A DNA stretch of 64,000 bases from Nymphaea colorata (GCF_008831285.2 NC_045138.2:19344001-19408000); one strand, 5' to 3'. Numbered from the stretch's first letter, positions 1 through 22,304 are shown. Notes: generated by a model not told the origin, from the sequence alone. Numbers and translations are program-made.

Positions 1-87
1 AGCTCGAATCGACTCGTTTAAGCTTGTTTACTTTGTCGGTGAACTAGCAGTTTACATCTGTTACTGAACTTTCTCTCTTTCCTTCAG

Positions 88-180
88 GCTGTCTTCCCCA
101 GCTTCGGTGAGCGTTACTTGTCCTCCGTGCTGTTCGACTCCATCAAGAAAGAAGCCGAGAGCATGACTTTTGAGCCCTGA
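88..180 (+). CDS. Cysteine synthase / O-acetylserine(thiol)lyase, final coding exon (gene begins upstream of window)
   Basis: After a pyrimidine tract and CAG acceptor (85-87) the frame reads [30 protein letters not shown]. This has the OAS-TL C-terminal signature PSFGERYLS; the ...AESMTFEP ending resembles cytosolic OAS-A type enzymes. Confidence 0.9.
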   Translation, partial: AVFPSFGERYLSSVLFDSIKKEAESMTFEP

Positions 181-2154
181 AAGAATTTGCAATGCCGACT
201 ACAGATCACCTGGTGTTTGTTTTCTTAATATTTTGTGCTGTAATGGCATCCAAATAAACATAGCTTGTTCTTCAAGGATGTTAATTTGTAATTGAAGGTG
301 GTGCTTGGACATTCGTGAAATTTCTCCGTCATGAAGTGTGTCATACTGTTTGAGAATCTCTCTGGCGAGATGGTTGATTGCCCTAATATCTGGTGTTGTC
401 CCGCTGTTGAAAGCAACTGAGTCGATCCTGACAGTTAATTGTGGACACTGAAGCATCCGGTTAGCTAGTTGTCCAAAGATTTGCCAAGTCATCTATTAAC
501 TCTGTGGAGGTCTTGTAGCATCAGCCGCACCTTCTCCCAAACAAAAGTCCTATCAAGTCCGTTGGAGGTTACCAATTACCATTTGGCCTTCTAAGAAATT
601 ATATTAAAATATTAGATTTTCTGGGCACGCCTAAGTTTCTCTAGACCAACTTTCTGTCATTAGTAAAAGAAAATGACTCTACATAGATAATAATAAAATT
701 TGGATATATATTTTTAACACATATGAATACAAATGTATATGGTTAAAGAGACCAATTTGAACCAGTAAACATGAAATTTGTTTATACTGGAGCTATCTAA
801 GTCATTTTATCTCATGAAGCTAACTTGAGGTTGGTGAGAACTTAGGTTTAGTTGACAGAAGGTGTCATTTTTTATAATGGTATAAATTTGGGAGTGTTAT
901 GGACCGCATTGCAAGGTTAAATATGCCTTCTTAATGGTAAATCTTAAGGTACGAGAGGAGGTCAGCAGTTGATGCTCAGATCTGCCTAAATTAAGAAGGT
1001 ATTGGCCTTGATATAGATATCAATTTAAGATTACAATCCGGAAAATCGCTTTAGAAATATGCCGAGCGACTGGATAGTAAATATGATGACTATATGAATT
1101 GATTTATGAGTTATTCGAAAAACTTTGTTAATCCATAGTATCATGTTAACATTGATTTTTTTTTAAGTTAAAAAAAAAACAACAACCAACTTTATAAATT
1201 ATTCACCAAGATGATCAACTGACTTATGTTCGGTCAGAATACTTCTTATACTTACTGAGTTCAGTATATTCTATGAACCCTTTCCAAAGTATCAACTATT
1301 GTTATTATTACTACTGTTATTCACAGCCTCTGGATCTTGATACCAATCCACGTTTGGATTTGGGTGCAACACGAAGCTTTCCAAACCATACTCAGCATCG
1401 TTACTCAGATCTGGATAGCTCTTTGAATCTCGTTTAAATCAGATCCCGGATTGGGTCATGCCTGAGCCACTGATATCTCAATATGAAACCCTTGAATTTC
1501 GTGGATTTGATGTTGCAGATCTTCTATATACAGCTCACCTGACCGGACTTGTAATTTGGATATGGACAAGATGCAGGCTACTCGGATTCATTTGGCATTT
1601 ATTTAGATTCATCTGCAACGTTGATTGAATGACATGCAACAAACAAGATCTGAACTGCATTAGTAATTGGACCAAACTTGCCTTATCCAGTCGAACTGAT
1701 CGAGTATTAAGCCCGATACTTCAACCCAAATCTGGCTCACTGTAGAGGACCAAATGGTTCCACCAAACGAGTGAAGCTTTGGAATGAGCACAGTTCAGTT
1801 ATTTATAGGAATCTCATTTTATGTTAAATAAAAAGATTCACTTCTACGAGTAATTGATTTTACCTTCATAGCGTTTTTTTTTTTTCTTTTAATCCAATAT
1901 TTGATTGGACTTCCATAAAGAGCCGATCCGAGTCCATTCGGGTTCAGTTTTAAGAATTAGAGTTTAAACTGAAGTCCAAATCCAGATCCAATTATATGAG
2001 AATTTGATGTGAGCCCCTACTGTTTACATCCGTAGCCCGAGCTCGAGCACCATGGCTGACGGTCGGATCAAGTAGCGAACGGATCGTATCTGGTGGAATA
2101 AGGTCCGACCCATTCGTTGGAACCGTATGGCGTATTTTATACGTATGACATTTT

Positions 2155-2162
2155 TAGGGTTT
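2155..2162 (-). promoter_or_regulatory. Telo-box (AAACCCTA) in RPS18 promoter
   Basis: TAGGGTTT about 105 nt upstream of the RPS18 ATG. Telo-boxes are typical of plant ribosomal-protein and ribosome-biogenesis promoters. Confidence 0.7.
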
Positions 2163-2264
2163 TCATGAGTCCCCTTCGCTCTCCCCTCTTTAAAACCCTG
2201 CCGTCTGCTCCTCCCTTTCTTCTTCGTCTCACAGCAGAGAGAGAGCGAGAGAGAGAGAGCGACA

Positions 2265-5719
<3,455 letters not shown>

Positions 5720-7479
5720 GGAGTCTTTCATTCCGCTGTTGCTTTTGCGAGCCTCTGCTGCTTTTGTTTGGGTTTCTCACATGAACGACTTGTCCGCATT
5801 CTTTTTTGATGGAGTCATATATGTTAACTATGGGAGTTGAATTTTGACATTATTATGTCCAGTGTTGCCTTCACCTTGTTTCGTGGTTGTGTTTTTATAC
5901 AGTATAAGATGCACGCTGACGAGATGGCCAAGTCTCAGCCTGGCGTTCCCCCGTCGACCTCCAAAATGACGTGGTCAATCCTAGTTGATCCGTGTGTTTT
6001 AGAGAGGGTGGGGGGCTGCTGGTTTGTCTTTGAGATTGTTTCAGATGCATTAGATCTCCTTTAAGTGATTCGGTTGTTTTCAAAAGTATTTATTGCAGAC
6101 CTGCAAGAATCCGGAATACTAGTTATGGCCTCATGCGAAAGTACAGGACGGCCTTTTTCACCTGATTACTCCAATTTTACATGTCCTCTCACATGGGCTT
6201 CTCGTTTCTTCCTGGTCTGCCATAAAACTGTCTAAACCACTTTCGCCTGATATGATAAGTTCTTGTGGTCACCTCGTGAAGAGTGCTGAACAGGTCGCGC
6301 CAATTGGTGTCATAAAGTGCAACTCTATCGTCGCAGTGAAATCATCTGCGGTGAAGGCCGTTACCGTCGTTCATATGGTGCCAGGTGCGGCCTAAGTGAC
6401 TACAGGCCTTTCATATTGGCTGCCTTACTTTCCCTGGTAAAACATTTCAATAACATGAGGGATCCTTCCAATAAGAAAGTCGGGGCAAAGTGTGATCGGC
6501 TTCTCAGATGCTAAAGAAAGAGTAGAGATTCTCGCGAAAATTCATGGATTATGTCCAAACGAAAGGTTTGCTTCTGGCGTTGCTTGTGAGGAACTTTTCC
6601 TTGTAATTTTTGTAGGCTAACCATCAAGGAGGATGCCCTCCTTCGCCTTAAATCAGATGTGGTAGTGAGGAAGTGCGTCAGGTAAGAAGAATGGGGTACA
6701 CCATTCGTATAGCCAGCTGTTGGATTAAGCACGGTTTCAGAATTGGCTTCACCATTTTTAGGATCAACGGTGATTTTATCAGAGCAGATGTGGTTCAAGC
6801 TGGTTTGAGCACGCAGTTGGCGAAATGGAAGTGCCACCATTCCCAAGATTTGTAACCGATTCAACTGAATTGCTGACTCGTTTAACTTAGCCATTTTTCT
6901 GCCTAAAAAGATAACAACTCATCATATGAAAAACGAAAAACCTAAAGGTGACCCCATTCTCCTTACCTATGAGGTCGAAGCAATGGTGCACCTTTCAATT
7001 TACTTACTACACTTTGCCACTTAAGAGACAAAATATAGTGTCCATGAAGGCCATGAGTCGCGAACTAGAGATCCATCTTTTCACAAACACACAACCCGAC
7101 AAATTAGGATATTCTCCTTGAGGCAGCCTGACCATTTTTCATAATTCTGTCGAATATAAGTTGCTGGGCAAAACATAATTTGGTGTTGTCTTCAAACATA
7201 CAAAACAACGTATTTTCATAATACAAATTGGTATCTTGAAACTGCCTAAGATGCTCATTTCGTAAGTATTTCAAAAGCATAGAGCAAAATAAAAAATCCG
7301 GTCTGTTGCTTGACATATTCTATCCGGGTTGTGCTCCAGAAGTATAACAACAATCAGACAAAGTAACGTTTTCTTGCCTAGACATGAATCAGATTTCCTG
7401 ATAAGCAATCTGAAATATGGTCTTTTTATTTAGCCCGCATGAGCTACATGCTTGACCAACGAAACTAGGTTGCTTCCTT

Positions 7480-7950
7480 AGCTATTATTTAGCCTTCGAG
7501 AACGAGTCGAGGAACTCGAGCTCAACTGATATAAGCCTGGCTCAAGTTCAACTCATTCATTATATAAGTCCAGAACATGCTTAACAGTGATACCACCTAG
7601 TGATATGAACCAAGCTCGAGCTATGCAGGCTCAGTTCCATTGAGTTTGACCAAGCTCCTGAATATGCGTCTGCAACATATGTTTCTCCACATTGCCATGA
7701 GAAATGATGAGTTGAACGAGTGCCGTTTCTTTATTTAGGAAGAGGCTCTGGTTCAAGACTCATGGTCGCAGTTTGTTTAAGTGAACCTTTGTACAAGGTT
7801 CAGCCAACTCGAGCTTTCTTAAACCCAAGCCGGGTTAAGCTTGGGCAAATAATTTTGAGCTTGAACTTGAACTTAAGTCGAGCTTGAGCTGAGACTGCCC
7901 GGGCTGGAGCTGAGTTTCAGTTGACTAGTCCAACTTGACTGCAGCACTCT
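7480..7950. mobile_element. Degenerate GAGCTCG-repeat MITE fragments (hAT-like)
   Basis: Dense CTCGAGCTC, AAGCTCGAG, GAGCTTGAGC and GAGCTGAG motifs in two blocks (~7490-7660 and ~7790-7945). Confidence 0.5.
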
Positions 7951-8095
7951 AAGCAGTGTAGTGCGACTAGGTCGGGTCAGTGGTCAGTAGGCGCCTGGTC
8001 CTTAGTTTAAGTGGCAAGGTTGCTCTCCTCTTGTGCTGTAGGTAAGAATAAACAGTCATGCACAAGTTGAGGCATACAACCTTGGCACCTGAGGA

Positions 8096-8272
8096 AGGCA
8101 GGAGAAGGAGGGGGCTTCATCCTCTCTCGAACTATGGCATACTTTTAAAAATTTGACATGAGTCGAAATATCATTTTGCACAAGTTTTATGTAGGATAAA
8201 TGAATTTTTTCAAAATTTTTTTTTTTAAGGGAGGGCCGTTGCCCTTGACGCCACACCCCTGGCTCCTCCCCC
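8096..8272. mobile_element. Dispersed MITE-like repeat (GGAGCC-end family)
   Basis: GC-rich ends (...CCCCTGGCTCCTCCCCC) around an AT-rich core containing AAATATCATTTT. Related cores at ~10853-11010 and ~24320-24440 (reverse), and possibly ~9036-9200. Confidence 0.5.
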
Positions 8273-8630
8273 GCTAGACTGGATCCAGATTTTCGGATCT
8301 GATCGTGAAGGCAATGACAAAATGGTAGACAGATTAACTTGGATTTCAAGTTGGATTACATTCTGGATTGATATATCCAGGTTAAGCTTTTAACTTTCTT
8401 TTGTTGGTATTTCGCTGTATTTTGTATAATTGAAAGTCTTTCGAAAAGAAGATTAACCTTTGCATTCGTAATAATATTAGAGGTGGTAGTAGCATTCAAC
8501 CGACTGAAGGTTGAAAACATCGTCCTTTGAAGGACGCCCAAAGAGAAACTTTAGATTCATGATCTGCTTTCGTTGTTGTTGTTGTTCTTTTTTTTCCATA
8601 ATTTTGTAATTTTATTCGTAATGGTCAAAC

Positions 8631-8900
8631 TTTGGATGGCACACTAAAAAAAAAGTTTTATGAAAAATAGTTTTTTTTAATCAGTTTTGGAAAAATGATT
8701 TGTGCGTTTAGATAATAGAACATAAACAGTTTTTTTTTTTTTTTTAATAACTTGGGGGTGCCAGGTTATTCACTCCCTTCTGAAAAATTATTTTTGCCAA
8801 GAATTTATTGAAACCCACTTTCTTGTCATCCAATTGCTCGTAAAATGGTGATTTGGAAGTAAAACCATTTTTTTTACCTTGGGGGGTCATCCAAACACCC
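8631..8900. mobile_element. Tourist/Harbinger-like MITE relic
   Basis: Left TTTGGATG and right CATCCAAACACCC form an inverted pair around an AT-rich core. Similar relic at ~44190-44425. Confidence 0.4.
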
Positions 8901-9295
8901 ACTACTGCATAGAAACCATCAAATGAGTTTCTAAAATAAAATTTTGTGAACCTCTGAGAAAAAAAGGTATGGACTCTTTTTTTTTTTTACATAATTATCC
9001 TGCACTAGAAATTGCATTTTTCTAGATGCTTCAAGCAGGGTTAAAGCCAATATTTTTTTGTTGCAAGGGTTAAACTATAGTTTCAATATTTAAAAAATAT
9101 TTTTTTATATAAATTAGACTAAAATTTTTAAAATTTATATGTAAAATTTTGAATTTCTAAAAATTTTGCTCCTGGGGCCTTCAATTTTTTTAGCTCAGTC
9201 ATGAGCTTCTACCATCGCTTTTTCCGTCTGTTCTCCTTTGAGGTCAGGAAGGTCATGTAAAGTTTTATTTCTGCTCTAATAAACATTTAAAACTG

Positions 9296-9297
<2 letters not shown>

Positions 9298-9345
<48 letters not shown>

Positions 9346-9347
9346 TG
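9298..9347. repeat. Compound (CT)n(GT)n microsatellite
   Basis: Read directly from the sequence. Confidence 0.95.
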
Positions 9348-10375
9348 TTCTTGAGATTATATAATTTCTGCTTTCTTTGTCTCTTTAGACACAATCACTC
9401 ACCTCAAACCCAGGAAATGGCTTATATTAATCTTTCTGGATCTGAACTTCTTGCTTCCCTTGAGTTGTGTGCGCCTTTTTCTAATGCTGGTAATCTGTTC
9501 TGGGTAGGTCATCCTTCTCATCAGCTTGTCCTTTCCATGACAGGGAATCTAGCTCCTTTTTCTCCTCATCTTTGTTTATTTCCCCTTTCTTTTCAAGTGT
9601 TGTGGCTTTCTGAACTAAATTTATGTGGGGCATTCCAAAATGTTTTGGAATGAAGAGGAACCACACAAGTAGTAGAGAAATTTTTATTTAAATGCGCATC
9701 AATATTTTAAGTTTTTTATTTTAAAGGGCACTTAGATATTAAAAAAATAAAAAGAATTGAGATATCAATGTGTAAAGAAAACAAATTGGATCGGTGTGAG
9801 CAATGGGCTGCGTCAGTAAATTAGGGTGCGATAGGCTGATTCCAATCCAATCAGATCGATACAATACGAATCCTGATTTATTTATTTATTGTTCCTTTTT
9901 TAAAAGTTTTTTGAAGTTTTTATAAGGCGTTTGATAGTCTTAATCTCGCATCCAAAGCTGATCTTCAAATCTACACCACTTTCAATGCAAACCTGCGGAG
10001 AGAGAGGTCTCCCTAACCTTTGTTGATCAAGAAGAAGCTATACAAAAACCAAGCAGCTGCTGGATATTTTGAAGTGGGATCAAATCCGCACTACGTGAGA
10101 TCCACTATTTAAACGAACCAGAGTTCTCAGCAGCAGCATGAATCTTAGAGCCACACTTGTAAAAAACCATGAATTTGAGGTCCATTTTGTTTGGCTGCAC
10201 ATATGAGATCCTTAGTAATTAAAGATCACCATAGATTTGAGATCCACATCTAGCAAACACAATATTTCAAGATCAATTTAATCTTCAAGGCTTAAGCTGC
10301 TAAGCTATCAGATCAGCTGGTATCAGAAATGCATGAAACACAAACACCTAATAATGGCAAAATGGAGCACAATTT

Positions 10376-10468
<93 letters not shown>
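10376..10468. repeat. Compound (CT)n(CA)n(TA)n microsatellite
   Basis: Read directly from the sequence. Confidence 0.95.
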
Positions 10469-10472
<4 letters not shown>

Positions 10473-13279
10473 CTTTGGATTTTAGCTCAACCACTGAGAC
10501 CAAGTGCCCTTACAATAATCAATAACCTACAGGTTCGTCGTCCCCACCATGCTTCCCATGTGAAGCTATTCGCAGGGCGCTTGGATCCAACAAACCGTGG
10601 TCATTTTTCTTGTATTATTAAAGGAGACAGCAGAGGTGTTACCAAATCCAATTACGCTTCTCATTTTTTTGATGCGCCCAACAATTTGGTATATGAAGCG
10701 CAAGGAGAAACGAAAGTCAAGCCGCCAACTTGCTGGGGATGTCAGCACCATTGTTTATTCTCCCTTGCTACAACGTCAGCGGATTGCCCACTTAAAATTT
10801 ATTTTACATTATTTTTAAACAGTTTAAACTTCCTATATTTTCACATAAACCCAGGATCGAAACCAATTTTTTTTTACGAAGGGGGTTGAATTAAAAATTA
10901 TAAATTTTAACTAAAGTCAAAATATCATTTTCCAAAAAATTTATATAAAATAAGTGATTTTTTTTTTAAATTTACATATAAAGCTCCTCTTTCTTCTCCC
11001 TTTCCACGGTCCAGAACAATTTATTTAAGTCTAGATGTTAATGGTCTATATACATTTGTTATTTGACTTAAAATTCAAATTGAAGATTTTGGTTCGATAA
11101 AAAAGAACCATATCCCATGAATAACTGGATAAAAATACTACGTCGAGCTATTCATACCCAGTCGAATAAATATCGAATTCCATTAACATCTGAATTTAGT
11201 TTCAACTGTTATTAAGCAATATCAAAATAGTTGAATACGGTGGAGCATAGTTCCTTCTTGGATATGGTAATGGCTACATTGGGTTCCAACCCGATCTATC
11301 GGTTCCTGGTCCCCTAATCTTTAGGAGTCCTTGCTTTCACGTGCCTAGTCGTAGACCTATTCGTGGATCCACAACGGCTTACTTCATTAGATTCACATGT
11401 GCACCACAAAGACGGTGAATTGATTGAGTTTGTTGAAGTATTCTTCAAGAAAGAAAAAACTGTCATAGGGTTTTGTATTGAAGCATTCTCAACCAAAAAA
11501 AAAAAAAAAAAAGAAAGTTTTTTTTCAATAAGAAAATTATTAGCCAAAGTGCAAAATAAAGCCATTCTCTTTGAATTAGCTTTTACATTTCCAGCTAACC
11601 CTCGTTGGCTGGCTCCTCAATGCAAATTGATGATGTGAGGAAAAAAAAGTATATCTCATAATAAGATCTTTAAAATAAGGCTGTCCATCCAAAGCATCTT
11701 GGAATAATTTAGAGACAAAAAAGCAAAAAAAAATTCTAAATTAATATTAGATGACAAAAATACTCTTTGTTTTCTTAACAGTCCATCATGTTAGATAGAG
11801 CAATGCAAATTTAGATGGAAAAAACTAGAATCACTATATAATTTTCTTTATATATATATATATATATATATATCATGAAAACTAAGTGAGATGCAAGACG
11901 CGCATAAAACCCCAAAGCCATTCTATTCGCCTCCAAATTCTTGGCTTGCATTGAAGTCAGAGCCCGGACATGGTGACAGTGTACCACTAACTTGGTAGAT
12001 ATTTAAAATAGATGACATTTTCAAGATGTGCATGGGTTTTGGGTTTTGAACTTCCACAGTTCCTATATTGGAGTTATTATCCATTTTGAGTGCGTCTAAG
12101 CAATATTTAATCAATCAAATAAGTGGTAGCTATACCTCATCTATTGTTATAAACATACTGTCTTAAACATGGAAGACAATTTATCTCATAAACCAAACAC
12201 ACGGAAATTTTGTCACAATCCCAATTTTTGGTGCGACAATTTATGCAAGATAAGTTGTAAGTTGCGCAGTGAAATTAAATTTGACTTGCATGCAAACGCA
12301 TCCTAATAGAAGCAATTGCGGAGGTAAGCTGTCGTTCTTGCAGAAAAGACGCCCTGCCAACCTGACCAAAATATTAGCAATGTTAATATAAAAAAATTGT
12401 ATGGGATATTAGCATATTACACTTGGATATGCGTTCATTATTAGAAGTGGCTTTCACGTACAAAATAGAATGACCTTCCAAATTGGGATGCCTTCTTATG
12501 GTTATGCCCATTTTTGTAGTTATTATTATTAGAATCAGTTAAAAATATATATGTTGGTGTTAAGATGACGAAGGCCTGAAATCGATTGCACATATTAACA
12601 ACGGTAATTGTAACCGTATTAAATTTCAAGGAGACCTATTCCTACGGATTTGCAATTAAGCAGTTAGTCATTCCTTGAATTCTATGGCCACACTTGTTAC
12701 TAACAAATTCTGTAATCTTTATCAACATCTAAAGGTTTACTTTTTACATAATTGATTCTTTCTTTTTGGCGTTTAAGCAACAAATACTGAGCACATGTTT
12801 TTATTGATTTGCCAATCCGTGTAAAAGATAAATATATGGTTTTTAGTGCCGTCTTACTCTGCAGCACCAACTACTGATGGACCATGTAGAGCGACCAAAA
12901 AGTAAAGCATTTATTGCAAATGCTTTATCTTGCTGTTAAGTGTATGATTTGACTGCTGGAAGCATTATTTTCAGCGAACGAGCAGAAGGAATACGTCACT
13001 CTGTTTTTGCCCAACCTCTGTGAGTGCTACACTTTCATGCAATTTTTAGTGGTCTCACCCTCCTCACTGTTCGTTCACAATGAGTATTTTTTTTTAATTT
13101 GATCTAAGTAAAGATTTTGCTGTTTGACGTTTTCGGTACGGAACTACTCTGAGAGAAGCTCGAACTCGATTTGCCTTTGTGCCTCTTTCTGGTATGGTGG
13201 TCGTTTTTCTTTCTGTTGCAGAAAGTGAACTGATCGGCGTCGGTTCCCTTCTTCAGGTTGCTGGTGTTTCTGTCGCTGA

Positions 13280-17435
<4,156 letters not shown>

Positions 17436-19585
17436 TCTAGCTTTGTTCCTTTCTCTAATTTCAAATCCCTTTTCTCCCCAATTTTTTTTTATCTTTGCAC
17501 TAGACAAGCTGAAGTCATTGTCTTTTTTCCCCTCAATTTCAAGGATCAGAAATTCCTTGAGAATAAGAATTATATTCTCATTCTGTAAGTTTTGTTTCTG
17601 ACTGAACTTATTGGCAGTGAATAAAAGATTTGGTCTCAACAAAACTCTCTCTCTCTCTCTCTCTCTCCCTCTATCTCGCTGTCGATCTCTCTTTCACATG
17701 TCTGTGCATGTGCATACAGATACAGAGAGGACAAGGCTCCTTCCAGTCTCTTTCCACTTCTTGGATGATACTGTGGATGAACTGTTGCTCCATGTTTAAG
17801 TGTCTTCTTTTTTCTGCATGTTTCCTCCCAACCACAGTTAACTTTCCCCGTCGGCCTTTCCTTTCCGATTCAAGCTAGAGGAATTAACCTCTTAAGTCCC
17901 AATAGAGTCAGTTCCGACCGTCAGCAAATATTATTGACAATGTACAGGCTCGCTCAATGAGGTGGTCAAAGAGGGATCAATTTGCGTATCCTCAAATTAC
18001 AAATAAATTCAGTTTCCCTGCTAAGAACCCAACCAATACGTAGATGCAATTCATTAGCTTTATTGCAGTTGCAGGTAAGCCCGCATGGCGTTGCACCTCG
18101 GCTCTCAGCCAGGAATTCCAAACTCTCCCGCTTGTGTAGTTATCAATTGCATCTACGTTTCTTCTTCCCAATTGTGTGGTTTTGCCATGCTTGCTTGAAT
18201 CTTAGCCTTTTTTCACGAGCTATATGGTTTTCGATTGACCATATTTTTCATAGAACTAGGTGGTAAGTAAGAAGCCATTTCTGAAGCCCAGGGAACTGAA
18301 ATTTGCAACTGGATTTCTCGATTACCTTTTCTTTCTTTAAAAATTATGAAGAATAAGGTCCAGACCTTGGGGACAACCCTACACGTGAAAGGTGTGCTAT
18401 GATGCTCTCTGAATCGTGACGGCATGAAACACTTGCTTCACTAGAATATTCCGTCAGAAGTTTTCCTCGTATGGTGAATACGGATTCCAAGCCTCCCTTG
18501 GATGTTTGGACCAGACATATTCTATCCACTTTTGAATAGTCTAGGGCGTTTTATGCCAATGAAGCAGTCAGCTGTTGCTTTGACCAGACATATTCATATA
18601 AGTTGGCGCTTGGATGAACATTAATCCTTTGCTTCTGCTTCTCGTCTTGTGATAAACTCACCACTCCAGACTGCTTTATAAAAATCACCTCCCCTATTCT
18701 AGTGTCATTGTTCCAAATGTAGGTTTCTAGCTGACATTCATTTTTGGATGAGCAGAGGATACACACCACCTAACTAAAGGTCAAAGCCAAGAGTCGCTAT
18801 TCTTTACATTTACTAAAAACTGTATTTCCAAGTGCTCTTAGTTTATCAGCAATTCTATTTGTGACGGCACTAGTTCATTAGCTTAACAGAATCTCAATTC
18901 CAAACCGCACTGAGTTTATCAGCCTAAAATCTGCCCCAATCAGAGGTTTCTGAAACTGTGTTAGTGTTCCTGTTGTTCAATGCCCCCGTACTAGGACCAT
19001 GAAGATGATGCTGAGGCACTTACCCATCTTATTTATGGTGCCTGGAACCGCGTGAAACCAATAAAGATCACACCAATTTACCCCCATAAAAGTTTAAGCA
19101 GAATAACGGCGAATTAATGGTTAGTCGGTGAGGATCTTAGCAAACATGGAGTGTGCTAAAAAATGTTGGGATACAGTAAAAACTGGGGTCTCAGGTCTCG
19201 GTGATTCTTTCTGTCCGCAGCCCTGTATCAATCAATCGAGAGCTTTGAGCAATTTGTGCAAAATTAAAGATCACGTTTGATTCACGGCCCACGAACGGCA
19301 AGTCAATGCAAACAGTGGATGAATGTGGCTCCCAAGAGGAGCGACGTTTTTTCGACCGTTTCTAGCAATCATAGGGTTTTTCACACGACTACACGGATCA
19401 TCAACAGGAAAAGAATGTAAAGACCAACAAATCTTCCTGAGCTCTTGAGAAAGTGTACAGGGAAAACGAAATGAACTTGCTTTGAATTCAACAATTTGCT
19501 CTTTTTCAGGTCTACATGTAAAGGTCCTACCAACCGCAAAACCAGCAAAACTATGCTTGAGGAACAAGGTTTTATGGCGAGTCCT

Positions 19586-22304
19586 CTATGATCTCCCTCG
19601 GCCTCTTCCACCAAAACCCCGTCCACCACCACCTCTAAAAGAGCCACCCCTGCCACCCCTTGGAGCACCCCTGCCACGAAATCCACCTCCACGTCCCCCA
19701 CCACGAGGGCCACCTCTTCCTCCACGGCCACCGCCTCTGCCACCTGCTTGTGGCTGTCCCCTGCCATATATAGAGAAAGAAAATGTGATCTCACATATAT
19801 GGCATCATATATAAACAATGCATGTATCAGGAACTGCCATAACGTTCAGACGCACACCAAACTTAGTGTGATGTTATCAATTAAGACACGGTGTTGAGGT
19901 TTTTATGTTATTTTCCCTCTTTCTTGATGTACGTATAAAAGTGAACTGGATATTTAATTAGATCTCTAACCAAACAAACCTCACTCAAATGGTATCTCAA
20001 TCTCCGGCTAAAGAGAACCTCTATCAAGTACCATGATCTTCATGTTTCAAATAGAATGTCTATCAGGTAGAATGATTTTACATGCAAACTAAGTAGTTTC
20101 AAGTTTCAACAGTACGAAATTTCCGATCAGTAACAATGAGGCTGAGATACTTAACCATAGGCTCAGACTTTGTTAAGGTCAGTTTCGCAAGTTTCTATGC
20201 CAGCTTCTTCAATAGATTAGGCAAAAGATGCAAAACAAGACTAGAATGCCACGGGCTGAGACATCTAACGTACTCTGGGTACGTGGAAGATTCTCTGTAT
20301 ATTTCCTTGCCCGATATAATATGCTAAATGGCCAGGTCCAAGAGTCACAAGTCACTTGAGACCCCTAAGACATTCAGGGAGTATCAGCTCATGCATGAAA
20401 ACCACAAAAAAAAAAGAAGCTGCTTGACTGCATGCCTCGTGTACAAGTGATCTAATCCACAACCATCAGGCTTGGTAAATGACTATTGCCAAAAGTCAAA
20501 CGTCTTTGGGACGACTAGAACATAATAAAGTTCCTCTATTGTGTGAGCAGATCCCAAAAAGTAGGTGAAGCAAACAGGAAATTGTTTCTTTTCTCTAAGA
20601 ATGCTAAAGAATCCACAATGAACTAACGAAATTACAAATAAAACCTTTTCGCAACTACGAAACAAAATTAAACAAAGAAGCTGATCACACCATGAGCCTG
20701 CCAAGTAAAAAGATCTAGGACATAACCAGGAGGATTCACAAAAAAAAAAAAGGAAACTGATAAATAAGCTATACAGATGCTGATTGTGAGAACACATACT
20801 TGCCTTCAGACCATGAATTCAAATTGGCCACACATTAACAAATCATACATTTGGTTCACAATTAATTAAACAAGAAAAAATGATAATTCTGTACCAATGA
20901 CAACAATTTCGAATAGAATGAGATGCAAAAATATGATAACGAGGCTGTTTTAAAAACCCGAATTTTCCAATTATAAAGAAAAAAAACTTCAAGCATAATG
21001 CAGATTAGGGTGTCATTTAAGTAAAATCCAAAACATATTACAGCTTTAAGACAAAGGAAATATAAATTATATAGCACTAAAGCATGCTTATTTCTGAAAT
21101 GCGGAGATTGTGGAGGAGAGGAAAAAGGGAGCTCTAAAAGGATTACATAAAGCACCAGCTTGTTTCGGATGATTAATTTTTTCGTAAACCTTAAATTTCA
21201 CATAGTTGATTGATAATACAACAGACAAATAAATGCAGAAATAAATTTCCACTTCACATTCAAAAGGATCGAGGTAAAGTAAATTAGTTACATCACAAAC
21301 TTACATAATAGATGAGGGAAAATCCTTTCTCAAAAGATAGAGAGTGTTCTAAGAAAAGTCATTCATCTCAGTCTGACAATTTTTCGTCATATACAAGGAT
21401 TTTATCAGGCAAACCTCTCTATTGAATCCAACTATGTAGGAAGCAAGCACAAAATCACTTGGAGATGAAAACAAAGCCACAAAGCCATTCATTTACAATG
21501 AACACACCGTAGGAACTTTCAAGTAATAAGTTAGCATGCATTTTTTATTTCTATCCAGCAACATAAATAACAACAACATACTTTGGCTGGGGAAGAAATC
21601 TCTGCAAAGGCAGCAACTTTGCTGGATCAATGTAGAACTTATCTCCCACAGAATAGGAAGTCGCAATAATTCCCTCCATCATCTTAATCGAAAAATACTA
21701 CATTTCCAACATGAAACCAACAAAACTCATGTTAAAATGCTTTCAAAATAATCAAAATAGAAAAACCAAAATAATCCAAAAAGAATGAAGCGATAGAATG
21801 AGGAACACCCACGGCTTCGTTGATGGGACCGAAAATCTCGTCTACTTTTCCGATTTGTGTCTTGTTCTGAAGATAAATCGGGGCATTAAAATAAGGAATT
21901 TTCTCGTTTGTGAGCTTCGTGACTGCATCGCCTTCGCACGCTTGAAGGAACGAAGAAACCTCTATTCATTGTAAAAGAGAAAACACCATCACACAAATAA
22001 CCAAAACCTTCATATTGGCTCTTCCACATCATTACAAAGAGGTCTCACGTACACTAAAAGGATTGACAACGTAAGAAAATAGAAAAGAAAAGTAAGTCTA
22101 CGAAGAGGAGAACTTGAAGGCTTGTAGGAGGAGCTAAACAGAGAAAGAAGGCCTACCCACAACTTCTTCAGGAGGGCCTTCATCGCGGTATCCGCCACCG
22201 CCTCCTCTGCCACCAAATCTGCCTCCGCCTCTAGGAGCGCCACGGCCACCAAAGCCACCTCGACGACCTCCGAAGCCACCTCCTCCTCTCATAGGAGGCC
22301 TCAT
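19586..22304 (-). CDS. GAR1: H/ACA ribonucleoprotein complex subunit 1 (GAR1)
   Basis: Exons (minus) 22304-22157, 21961-21813, 21697-21582, 19760-19586 = 588 nt, 195 aa. N- and C-terminal RGG domains flank the core [100 protein letters not shown]. Confidence 0.97.

Noticed and set aside
19482..19814. Pro-rich 110-aa plus-strand ORF (extensin-like) and overlapping 145-aa minus ORF
   Set aside because: They are the antisense and alternative-frame shadows of the Gly/Arg-rich last exon of GAR1.
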